From an uncultured Chloroflexia bacterium (GTDB taxonomy: Bacteria; Chloroflexota; Limnocylindria; Limnocylindrales; CSP1-4): a stretch of DNA of 64,000 bases. The notes below the pieces were generated by a model, which was not told the origin of the DNA, did no database searches, and saw nothing but the letters and a program-made list of their open reading frames with translations. Location of the stretch: assembly GCA_963757765.1 (NCBI GenBank), contig CAVWSL010000013.1, forward strand, positions 65,302 through 129,301, given 5' to 3'. This document shows, piece by piece, positions 8,400-16,494 of this stretch; position 1 is the stretch's first letter, and each line of letters starts with the position of its first letter. The position numbers were made by a program, and so were the translations under genes.

Positions 8400-10027
8400 T
8401 GGTCGGGACCCTCCTCCGCCAGCTCGGACGGCGTCCGCATCGGCGGGTCACCCGCGGCGTCACGCAGTCGCTGGACCACGAACGCGCGGTCGAGGCTGGC
8501 GAGGAGCCAGCCGGCGCGCGGCCCGTTGAGGCGGCCCAGGAACGCGAGGTAGATGGCCGCGAACGCATCGCCGGAGGAGACGCCATACGCGGCGGACGTG
8601 CCGAAGATGAGGTCCTGCCATGCGTCACCCGACACCGGCGCGCTCACCTCGGCCTCCGACGCGAGTGCCTTGAGGCAGATCCGCTGCGCCTCCGTCAGGC
8701 CCGCGACACCCTCGGGCAGGCGCTCCTGGACCGCGACCTTGTAGCGGTCGGGGGCGAACGACTCCAGCCACTCGGCGGCGACGCGGGCACGCTCCGCGAG
8801 GATGGACTGCTCGACCTCGTCGAGCGGCGCGCCCTTCTCTGCTTCCATGCGCGCCGCCAGGTCGACGTTGGGCACCTGGACCAGGAGCGCGAGGTGGCGG
8901 AAGGGCGGCCGGAACCGGCCCGCCTCCAGGGCCACGTCGGCATCCGCATCCACCAGACTTTGGCGCAGGATCGCTTTGGGCTCGGGCGGTAGCTCCCCGC
9001 GGACCGGCTTGCCGGCGATCGCGGCGCAGATGCGGTCGAACTCGTCGAACAGGCCCGGGATGGTGTCGCCCTCGGGATCGAACTCGATGGCCTTGCGGGG
9101 CTTGTGGCGCAAGAAGAGGAAGCGCAGCAGCTCGGGGGGCAGCAGCTCCGCGATGCCGTGCGCGGTCGCACCGGTGCCCTTCGAGGTGCTCATCTTCCTG
9201 CCGCCGATGTTCAGGAACTCGTAGGCGACGTTGATGGGGGGCTCGCGGTGGAACACCTCGCGGGAGATGGCATCCGAGCGGTCACGCGACCCACCGGCCG
9301 TGGCGAGATCCTTGCCACAGCCTTCGACCGTGATGTCGAACAGGCTCCACTTTGCGGCCCAGTCGACGTTGAAGGGCAGCTTCACGCGACCCGAGGTCGG
9401 GAGCACGCGGCCCTTGTGGCCGCAGCCAGTGGCCCAGGTCACGTGGTCGGGCTTGCAGGCATACGCGATGGTGGAGCCGTTCCAGTCGGTCGCGTAGGTG
9501 GTGCCGATCTTGCCGCAGTGCTCACAGATGACCGAGACCGGCAGCCAGTCAGGCGCCTTCTCGACGTGGCTGACCCGGGAGTAGATCTCGCGCACCTGCT
9601 GGGCATGGTCGAGGGCCGTCCGGATGAACGGATCCATCGACCCGTTGCCGTACATCTCGCTCATCCAGTAGATGGTCGGGTGGATGCCGAGACCCGCGAA
9701 GGTGCCCATGAACAGCTCCCCCACGAAGTAGCGGGCGTAGGACGCAGCGCTGCTCCCGGCGGGCGCCGGCACGTGCGCCAGGGGGACACCCATGTAGCGG
9801 TCCACCGCGTCGGGGGTCAGGAGCGCCTGCGAGTCCATCGGGTCCAGGTCGTCGACGCCGTAGCGGAACCCGGTCGGGAGGCCGTGGTCACGGAGCGCGC
9901 GCGCGATGGCGTCATGGAGCACCACACCACGCAGGCTGCCCACGTGGACGGTCCCGGACGGCGTCTTCGAATCATTGACCACCTGGGACCCGCTCAACGT
10001 GGACGCCAGCTCGTCTGCCCAGAACAT
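8396..10027 (-). CDS. lysK: Class I lysyl-tRNA synthetase (archaeal-type LysRS)
   Basis: Starts at MFWADELA (ATG at 10027). HIGH-like HVGSLRG and KMSKS-like RKMSTSKG motifs, about 543 aa. The upstream part of the 731-aa tracked ORF overlaps greA in another frame. Confidence 0.85.
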   Translation of the reverse strand: MFWADELASTLSGSQVVNDSKTPSGTVHVGSLRGVVLHDAIARALRDHGLPTGFRYGVDDLDPMDSQALLTPDAVDRYMGVPLAHVPAPAGSSAASYARYFVGELFMGTFAGLGIHPTIYWMSEMYGNGSMDPFIRTALDHAQQVREIYSRVSHVEKAPDWLPVSVICEHCGKIGTTYATDWNGSTIAYACKPDHVTWATGCGHKGRVLPTSGRVKLPFNVDWAAKWSLFDITVEGCGKDLATAGGSRDRSDAISREVFHREPPINVAYEFLNIGGRKMSTSKGTGATAHGIAELLPPELLRFLFLRHKPRKAIEFDPEGDTIPGLFDEFDRICAAIAGKPVRGELPPEPKAILRQSLVDADADVALEAGRFRPPFRHLALLVQVPNVDLAARMEAEKGAPLDEVEQSILAERARVAAEWLESFAPDRYKVAVQERLPEGVAGLTEAQRICLKALASEAEVSAPVSGDAWQDLIFGTSAAYGVSSGDAFAAIYLAFLGRLNGPRAGWLLASLDRAFVVQRLRDAAGDPPMRTPSELAEEGPDQ

Positions 10028-10053
10028 CGTTCTGGCCTCCTCCCCCACGGGGA

Positions 10054-10449
10054 TCAGCTGATCCCGAGGATCTTGTAGACCTGGTCCCCGGCAGGGACCG
10101 ACACGGTGATCTTGTCGCCCTTCTTCTTGCCCAGGAGTGCACGACCGACTGGCGACTCGTTGGAGATCCGACCCGATGCCGGCGCCGCCTCGGCCGACCC
10201 GACGATGGTGTATGTCTCCTTGCCACCGGAGCCCTGGAGCTCCACGGTCGAGCCGATCTGGACGTGGGTGCTCGAGGTGTGCTCGTCGATGATGACGGCG
10301 TTCTTGATGAGCGCCGAGAGGCTCTGGATGCGACCCTCGATGAACGCCTGCTCGTTCTTGGCGTCCTCGTATTCGGCGTTCTCGCTGATGTCGCCGTGCT
10401 CCTTGGCCTCGTGGATCCGGGCGGCGACCTCTGCGCGTCGGACATTCAC
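10054..10449 (-). CDS. greA: Transcription elongation factor GreA; the N-terminus appears frameshifted (see finding)
   Basis: Contains GDISENAEYEDAKNEQAFIEGRI (coiled-coil tip) and a C-terminal globular domain (VELQGSGGKETYTIVGSAEA...ISNESPVGRALLGKKKGD). The annotated frame can only begin at GTG 10449. The expected N-terminus reads in another frame from GTG 10519. Confidence 0.85.
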   Translation of the reverse strand: MNVRRAEVAARIHEAKEHGDISENAEYEDAKNEQAFIEGRIQSLSALIKNAVIIDEHTSSTHVQIGSTVELQGSGGKETYTIVGSAEAAPASGRISNESPVGRALLGKKKGDKITVSVPAGDQVYKILGIS

Positions 10450-10752
10450 GAGCTCGTCGAGCTCTGCCCGGAGGTCCGTCCAGGCCCTGCCGTGAGACGT
10501 ATTGGGGCTTGTTGTTCACGCGACTTCCCCTGGATCGGAGGGATGCACCCGGGAAACGTCCGGTCCCGGGGGATTCACGACGAAACGGCACTACCGAGGG
10601 TGCGCGTCACATACGTCGCCCACTCGGTGTCCGTGCCGGAGCGCGGAGCGTACACGATCCGTGCTCCGAGCGTCAAACCGGGGCACCAGACCAGCGCGCC
10701 GTGGGGGTTACCGGCGACCGACCCGGCCTTCGTCACACCACGAGGCATGGTC

Positions 10753-11220
10753 TCAGGAGCCCGCGAGGTGGACCAGTCGCTGACGCACGCGCTGGAGGGC
10801 GACCCGGTCGGCGAACGCCAGGAACAGCGTGTCGTCACCCGCGATACTACCCACGACCTCGGTCCAGTGGCAGCGGTCGAGGCTGGCCGCGATCGCGTGC
10901 GCGCTCCCGGGCACGGTCCGGACGACCAGCAGCAGCCCGGCTGGCTTGAGCTCCACCGGCAGGTCATGCAGCAGCTTGGCGAGGCGGTCCTCGCCCGTCT
11001 GCTCGCGTTCCTCGGCACGGCTGGGCAGCGCGTATACCTGGACCCCTTGGGCGCCGCGCTTCACGAGGCCCAACTCCGCCACGTCACGGCTGACCGTGGC
11101 CTGGGTCGCCCGGATGCCACGTTCGCGAAGCGCTGCCACGAGCTCCTGCTGGGTCCGGATGGGCCGCTGTTCGAGCAGGTCGCGGATCGCTTGCTGGCGC
11201 ATCCCCTTCATGACTTCCAC
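10753..11220 (-). CDS. argR: Arginine repressor
   Basis: RQQAIRDLLEQRPIRTQQELVAALRERGIRATQATVSRDVAELGLVK winged helix, plus a C-terminal oligomerisation domain (GSIAGDDTLFL). Confidence 0.9.
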   Translation of the reverse strand: MEVMKGMRQQAIRDLLEQRPIRTQQELVAALRERGIRATQATVSRDVAELGLVKRGAQGVQVYALPSRAEEREQTGEDRLAKLLHDLPVELKPAGLLLVVRTVPGSAHAIAASLDRCHWTEVVGSIAGDDTLFLAFADRVALQRVRQRLVHLAGS

Positions 11221-11225
11221 GGACG

Positions 11226-12059
11226 CTACCGGAAGAACAGCAGCACGGTGACCACGGCCGCGAAGATCAGCCGGTAGACGATGAAGATGGTCAGGTCGTG
11301 CGTCTTGAGGTAGCGCAGCAGGAAGCTGATGGCCAGCAACCCGAAGATCGTCGCCGAGATCATGCCCACGATGAGCACCCCGAACTGGTCACCCTGCGGG
11401 GGGTCGGTGACCAGGTTGCGCATCTTCCAGAGCGTCGCCCCGGCGATGACGGGGATGCCCATGAGGAAGGCGAAGCGCGCTGACGACTCGCGGGTGAGCC
11501 CCCGGAAGAGGCCCATCGCGATGGTGACACCCGACCGGCTGGTGCCCGGGAAGAGCGCCAGTGCCTGGGCGGCACCGATGGAGACGGCATCGCCCAGATG
11601 CAGTCGGTCGAGGTCACGGGAGCGCCGGCCGACGCGCTCGGCGGCCCACAGCACGATCGCGCCGAGGAACATGATCAGCGGGATGAGGAAGAGCCGGCCG
11701 GAGTCCCGGAAGTAGGTGTCGAAGAACGATTCGAAGGCGGCTCCGAGCAGTGCGGCCGGGATGACGCTCACCACCAGCAGCCAGGCAAGCCGTCGGTCCG
11801 GATCATCCGCGAGCGAGCGCTCCTTGAGGGCCGCCCAGCCCGCAGCCACGAGCCGGAGCACGTCCCGCCAGAAGTACACCAGGAGCGCCACGAGGGTACC
11901 GCCGTGGAGCATCACGTCGAACGTGGCGCTGTTGATGAACGGATCGGTCCAGCCCAACAGCTCCGGCGCCAGGATGAGGTGGGCGGACGACGAGATGGGC
12001 AGGAACTCGGCAAGGCCCTGAAGGGCACCGATGATGAACGCCTGGAAGAGCAGCTCCAT
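11226..12059 (-). CDS. uppP: Undecaprenyl-diphosphate phosphatase
   Basis: Has the LQGLAEFLPISSSAHLIL signature, multiple TM segments and PGTSRSG. 277 aa. Confidence 0.9.
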   Translation of the reverse strand: MELLFQAFIIGALQGLAEFLPISSSAHLILAPELLGWTDPFINSATFDVMLHGGTLVALLVYFWRDVLRLVAAGWAALKERSLADDPDRRLAWLLVVSVIPAALLGAAFESFFDTYFRDSGRLFLIPLIMFLGAIVLWAAERVGRRSRDLDRLHLGDAVSIGAAQALALFPGTSRSGVTIAMGLFRGLTRESSARFAFLMGIPVIAGATLWKMRNLVTDPPQGDQFGVLIVGMISATIFGLLAISFLLRYLKTHDLTIFIVYRLIFAAVVTVLLFFR

Positions 12060-12236
12060 GGACCCCCTGCTCGGATGCGGATGTCTGTGTCCGCCGATCC
12101 GAAGCCCGGGTGCGCATGCGCCCGGGCCCGACTCGCGAGTCTAGCGGAAGCCCGGCAGAACCCTCCCCGGTGACCGAGCTTCCCGCGATACCGGCGGTGG
12201 ACAGTGGCAACGCGATCGGGACTTGCGGCGGGGATC

Positions 12237-12310
12237 GCGCGACGATGCCGGGCCGGCGGTCCGGCGGGGGACAGCGCGACGATGCCGGGCGGGCGGTCCG
12301 GCGGGGGACT
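12237..12310. repeat. Tandem direct repeat, 2 x 37 bp
   Basis: GCGCGACGATGCCGGGC(C/G)GGCGGTCCGGCGGGGGAC(A/T) occupies 12237-12273 and 12274-12310, with 2 differences. A related partial copy CCGGCGGTGGACAGTGGCAACGCGATC lies at 12191-12217. Confidence 0.85.
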
Positions 12311-12318
12311 GTGGCAAC

Positions 12319-12497
12319 GATCCTGCAGCATCAGCGAACGAGATGGCCGTCGGCGACACGATCGCCATGCTTCGCGGGCACCCAGAGGCACACTTGTGCC
12401 GGGTGCCGTGAAGGATCGTCGCTGGGGGGACCCGCGGGGTCCGGTCCATGACCCCACTGGCAGCCGAGACGTTCGGTGATGGTGAAGATCCGTTCCC
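12319..12497. repeat. Copy A of a ~178-bp dispersed direct repeat
   Basis: Aligns end to end with 13563-13738 at roughly 85% identity by eye, with 2-3 single-base gaps. It begins GATCCTGCAG.ATCAGCGAACG.GATGGCCGTCGGCGAC and ends GAGACGTTCGGTGATGGTGAAGATC. Confidence 0.85.
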
Positions 12498-12623
12498 CAG
12501 GAGCCTTGGGACACTGACCCGTGACAGGGCTGCGGAACGCGCGTAGGGCGCGATGCGAGCGGCCTCGCCGCCAGGCTCGCGCAGACTCACTGGCTCACGC
12601 TTGGCGCGTCAACAAACGGACGC

Positions 12624-12637
12624 ATAAGGATCCGTAT
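12624..12637 (+). promoter_or_regulatory. Imperfect palindrome just upstream of the XRE-family gene (candidate operator)
   Basis: ATAAGGATCCGTAT is centred on GGATCC (12 of 14 positions symmetric) and ends 14 nt before the GTG start at 12652. It lies in a locally AT-richer stretch. Confidence 0.3.
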
Positions 12638-12651
12638 CCACACTTCGTGCC

Positions 12652-13530
12652 GTGTCACCAGGAACGCCCGCCACGGATGCCGCCGATGCGGTCACCCTCG
12701 CCCTGTCGGGCATCCGCCATACCGTCGGTGACGCGGTTCGTGACGAACGTCGGAGACGCCACTGGACGCTGGCGGAACTTGCGACACGGAGCCGGGTCGC
12801 CGCCTCGACCGTGCACGGGATCGAGGCAGGCAAGGGCGGTTCGCTCGACGTGATCGTACGGATCGCACGGGCACTCGCCTTGGAGGTCCGGGTCGACGTC
12901 GTCGATCCGCGTCGGCGCGTGGACCGGCGTCACGACGCGGATGTCGTCCACAGCGCGATGGCCGAACTTCAGGTCGCTCGCCTTCGGACGTACGGCTTTG
13001 GCACGGGCATCGACGAGCCGTATCAGCATTACCAGTTCGCGGGTCGGGCCGATGTCATCGCGTGGGACATGGGATCTCGTGCGTTGCTGCACATCGAGAA
13101 CCGGACGCGATTCCCCGACATCCAAGCGATAGCCGGAAGCTACAACGCGAAGCGTGAGCACCTCGCCGATTCCGTCGCGAGGCGGATCGGCCTTCGGCGA
13201 TTCGAGAGTCAGACCCACGTTCTCGCCGCCTTATGGTCGGCCGAAGTGCTGCACGCGATCCGTCTCCGTCCGGCAACCTTCCACGCGCTGTGCCCGGATC
13301 CGACCGATGCCTTCCGCACCTGGTGGCGTGGGGACCCACCGCGATCAGGGACGACGTCAAGCTTCGTCTTGCTCGACCCATTCGCTTCGGGTCGAGCGCG
13401 TCGTACCGTGTCGCTGGACCTCGCACTGGGTCCGGTTCGGCCCAGGGTCCACGGATACGCTGAGGCTGCGGCACGCTTGGCGAGCATGCCGGGAGGCAGC
13501 CCTCACCAGCGGAGGAAGGGACCGGCCTGA
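12652..13530 (+). CDS. XRE-family HTH protein fused to a PD-(D/E)xK-like (restriction-endonuclease-fold) domain
   Basis: HTH: WTLAELATRSRVAASTVHGIEAGKGGSLDVIVRIARAL. Followed by HSAM...GRADVIAWD...ALLHIENRTR...DIQAIAGSY, which resembles a D...ExK(R)...Q..Y nuclease core. 292 aa. Confidence 0.6.
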   Translation: MSPGTPATDAADAVTLALSGIRHTVGDAVRDERRRRHWTLAELATRSRVAASTVHGIEAGKGGSLDVIVRIARALALEVRVDVVDPRRRVDRRHDADVVHSAMAELQVARLRTYGFGTGIDEPYQHYQFAGRADVIAWDMGSRALLHIENRTRFPDIQAIAGSYNAKREHLADSVARRIGLRRFESQTHVLAALWSAEVLHAIRLRPATFHALCPDPTDAFRTWWRGDPPRSGTTSSFVLLDPFASGRARRTVSLDLALGPVRPRVHGYAEAAARLASMPGGSPHQRRKGPA

Positions 13531-13562
13531 TGTGCGCCTTCCCTAGCGCCGGGCAGGACCGC

Positions 13563-13738
13563 GATCCTGCAGTATCAGCGAACGGGATGGCCGTCGGCGA
13601 CGCGATCGCGGTGCCTGGCGGGCACTCAGAGGCACATTTGTTCCGGGCGCCGTGAAGGATCGTCCCTGGGAGGCCCGCGGCGACCGGCCATGACCCCATC
13701 GGCCGGCGAGACGTTCGGTGATGGTGAAGATCGGTCCC
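13563..13738. repeat. Copy B of the ~178-bp dispersed direct repeat
   Basis: Same orientation as copy A (12319-12497). It starts 33 nt after the XRE-gene stop. Confidence 0.85.
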
Positions 13739-13830
13739 AGCGAGCTGTCAGACGGTATCCGCGAGCATCGCCCGAACGGATGGTAGAGACGCCCTGGTCG
13801 GTAGAGCGGGGCCCTCGATGAGCGTGACTG

Positions 13831-13972
13831 GCCAGCCGGTGCCTGGCGCACCCCGGGCCCGGCGGTGCCTGGCGTGGCGCGCCCCGGGCCCGGCGGGCCT
13901 GGCCCGGCGGGGGCCTGGCGGGCCTGGCCCGGCGGGGGCCTGGCGCGCCCCCGGCCAGCCGGTGCCTGGCGC
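13831..13972. repeat. GC-rich composite repeat array immediately 3' of hppA
   Basis: The 19-bp GCCAGCCGGTGCCTGGCGC occurs at both ends (13831-13849 and 13954-13972). A perfect 2 x 25 bp tandem GGCCTGGCCCGGCGGGGGCCTGGCG sits at 13896-13945, and CCCCGGGCCCGGCGG occurs twice. Confidence 0.8.
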
Positions 13973-13998
13973 GGGCGAGCTCGCCGAGGCCGGGCGAG

Positions 13999-16200
13999 CT
14001 AGCGGATGAACAGCGGTGCGAGCACCAGGGTGATGGTGGCGATGAGCTTGATGAGCACGTGCAGTGACGGGCCCGCCGTGTCCTTGAACGGGTCGCCGAC
14101 GGTGTCGCCAACGACGGCCGCCGCATGCGCGTCGGTCTTCTTGCCCAGGACGTTGCCGAGGGCATCCTTCAGGTGGCCCGACTCGACGAACTTCTTGGCA
14201 TTGTCCCAGGCACCGCCCGAGTTGTTGAAGAAGGTCGCAAGCATGACACCCGAGATGGTGCCCACCATGAGGAACCCTGCCACGGCCTGATAGCCGAGCA
14301 GAAGCCCAACGACCACTGGGGTGGCCACAGCGACGGCGCCCGGCAGGATCATCTGCTTGAGGGCTGCAGCGGTGGTGATGTCCACGACGCGCGCGTAATC
14401 CGGGCGCTGCGTGTAATCCATGATGCCGGGCATCTCCCGGAACTGGCGTCGGACCTCGACGATGATCGACTGTGCCGTCGTGCCCACCGCACGGATGGCG
14501 AGCGAGCTGAAGAAGTAGACGAGCATCGAGGCGATGAGCGCCGCGACGAACACCTGGACGTCCGCCAGGTTCACCGCCGTCATGAGGCTCTTGCCCTGGG
14601 CGGTGAGGATGTTGTTGACGCGGTCGATGTAGGCGCTGAACAAGAGGAACGCGGCGAGCGCGGCGGACGCGATGGCGTAGCCCTTGGTGAGTGCCTTGGT
14701 GGTGTTGCCCACGGCGTCCAGCTTGTCGGTGATCTCGCGGGCGCCGGCCTCCGACTTCGAGAATTCGGCGATGCCACCGGCGTTGTCCGTGATGGGCCCG
14801 AAGGTGTCCATCGCGAGGATGTAGGCGGTCGTCATGAGCATGCCCATGGTCGCGACGGCGGTGCCGAAGATGCCACCGACGTTGACGCCTTCCTTGTTGA
14901 CGATGCCGGCCTGCTCACCCAGCCAGTGGCTGAGCAGCAGCGCGATGCCGATGGTGACGGCCGTGACGAGGGTGGTCTCCATGCCCACCGAGACACCCGA
15001 GATGATGTTCGTGGCGGGGCCCGTCTTGGACGCTTCCGCGATCTCCTTGACCGGCCGCCAGCCACCCGCGGTGTAGTACTGGGTGATGTACACGAAGGCG
15101 ATGCTGGTGACGAGGCCGACGCAGCCGGCGAGGAAGAACCAGATCCAGGTGGGGATGCCGTTGGTGCCGGACTGTGCACCGGTGTCCATCATGAAGAAGG
15201 TCGCGATGGCGAGGCCGATGACCGCGAACAGGGTCGTGGCCCAGTAGCCGCGGTTGAGGATCTTCATCGGATCCTCGTCTTCGCTGCCCTTGATGAAGAA
15301 CGCGACCGAGACGATGGTGCCGATGAGGCCGAAGCCACGGACCACGAGCGGGAAGAAGATCCACGCCTCCGGGTTGGGCCAGCCACTCGCGAGGGCGATG
15401 AAGTACACCGCGACGCCCAGGATCATGGCGCCGATGTTCTCGGCAGCGGTGGACTCGAACAGGTCGGCGCCACGGCCGGCGCAGTCGCCGACGTTGTCGC
15501 CCACGAGGTCCGCGATGACGCCCGCGTTGCGCGGGTCGTCCTCGGGGATGCCCGCCTCGACCTTGCCCACGAGGTCCGAGCCCACGTCCGCGGCCTTGGT
15601 GTAGATACCGCCACCCAGCTGGGCGAAGAGGGCCACGAACGAGGCACCAAAGCCGAAGCCGACGATGAGGAAGGGCGCCTGGGCCGGGTTGTCGAAGCCG
15701 CCGAAGAGGACGAAGATGCCGTAGACGCCGAGCAGCGACAGGGCGACCACCAGGAAGCCCGATACCGCGCCGCCGCGCATGGCGACCGTCACCGCGCCGA
15801 CGAGGCTGTTGCGTGCCGCCGCGGCGGTCCGCAGGTTCGCCTTGACGCTGATGAACATGCCGATGATGCCCGACGCCATGGAGCACGCAGCACCCACGAG
15901 GAACGCGACCGCGGTGTAGATGCCCAGCTGGACACCGTTGATGTCCGTGTCGCTGACCTCGGGCGTGTTCACGACCGCGATGATCGCGCCGATGATGACC
16001 GACGCGAACAGGGCCAGGACAGCGATGGTCACATACTGGCGACGGATGAAGGCGACAGCGCCCTCGTAGATGGTGGCTGCCACGTCCTGCATCGCCGGGG
16101 TGCCCTGGTCCTGCGCGATCACCCAGCGGGCCAGGTAGATCGCGAAGATGACAGCAGCGATCCCGGCGATGGGGATGATCAGGTTGATCGTTTCGCCCAC
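13999..16200 (-). CDS. hppA: Membrane-bound H+-translocating pyrophosphatase, K+-independent type
   Basis: 733 aa, about 16 TM helices, with GGG(I)YTKAADVGSDLVGKVE and DNVGDCAGRGADLFES motifs. GNTTKA (Lys rather than Ala) is the known K+-independence signature. Confidence 0.95.
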   Translation of the reverse strand: MGETINLIIPIAGIAAVIFAIYLARWVIAQDQGTPAMQDVAATIYEGAVAFIRRQYVTIAVLALFASVIIGAIIAVVNTPEVSDTDINGVQLGIYTAVAFLVGAACSMASGIIGMFISVKANLRTAAAARNSLVGAVTVAMRGGAVSGFLVVALSLLGVYGIFVLFGGFDNPAQAPFLIVGFGFGASFVALFAQLGGGIYTKAADVGSDLVGKVEAGIPEDDPRNAGVIADLVGDNVGDCAGRGADLFESTAAENIGAMILGVAVYFIALASGWPNPEAWIFFPLVVRGFGLIGTIVSVAFFIKGSEDEDPMKILNRGYWATTLFAVIGLAIATFFMMDTGAQSGTNGIPTWIWFFLAGCVGLVTSIAFVYITQYYTAGGWRPVKEIAEASKTGPATNIISGVSVGMETTLVTAVTIGIALLLSHWLGEQAGIVNKEGVNVGGIFGTAVATMGMLMTTAYILAMDTFGPITDNAGGIAEFSKSEAGAREITDKLDAVGNTTKALTKGYAIASAALAAFLLFSAYIDRVNNILTAQGKSLMTAVNLADVQVFVAALIASMLVYFFSSLAIRAVGTTAQSIIVEVRRQFREMPGIMDYTQRPDYARVVDITTAAALKQMILPGAVAVATPVVVGLLLGYQAVAGFLMVGTISGVMLATFFNNSGGAWDNAKKFVESGHLKDALGNVLGKKTDAHAAAVVGDTVGDPFKDTAGPSLHVLIKLIATITLVLAPLFIR

Positions 16201-16494
16201 GGTTGTGGTCAGCCTCCCCTTGCGCCCAAAAGTCGGGCGATGCCATGACTGCCCAAGGTGTCAGGTCAACGGCGGTCTCTAGTGGGTCCAGACATCTCGG
16301 GCTGGGATGCCGGGCCGGGCCGAGGATCACGCGAGCAGTAGGCACGCGGAGTGTACCGGCCGCGAACGATTCGGGTCAAACCGATCGGAGAGCAAACGAC
16401 AATCGGTTGCGTCGATCGCAGCGATCCATCCGGTGGATGAGGCGACATCCCGATGGCCTCGTCCGGGTGGCACGACGGGTGGGGACGGGGCTTG

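Noticed and set aside
8396-10591. The 731-aa ORF read as one giant LysRS
   Set aside because: The first 188 codons are Arg-rich junk overlapping greA in another frame. LysRS homology and a proper ATG begin at 10027.
12237-12310. Possible CRISPR array (37-bp repeats)
   Set aside because: There are only two directly abutting units with no spacers, no further copies at regular spacing, and no cas genes in the window.
12319-12497. The 178-bp repeat as a cobalamin or c-di-AMP riboswitch, or as a small duplicated gene
   Set aside because: It has only a loose CCACUGG resemblance to the B12 box and lacks the other conserved riboswitch blocks. The copies are not positioned as 5' leaders of the same kind of gene. 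In all frames, the differences between copies are mostly non-synonymous, so it is not coding.
14125-16248. 707-aa ORF on the plus strand
   Set aside because: It is exactly antisense to the well-supported hppA gene. Its translation is dominated by R/D/G/E/H/A with no hydrophobic core or motifs. This is a typical shadow ORF in ~70% GC DNA.
16201-16494. Structured RNA or riboswitch in the 294-bp hppA leader
   Set aside because: I found only a plausible promoter (TTGACC, 18-nt spacer, TACACT on the minus strand, about 16379-16350). No conserved riboswitch core or convincing hairpin set was visible by eye.
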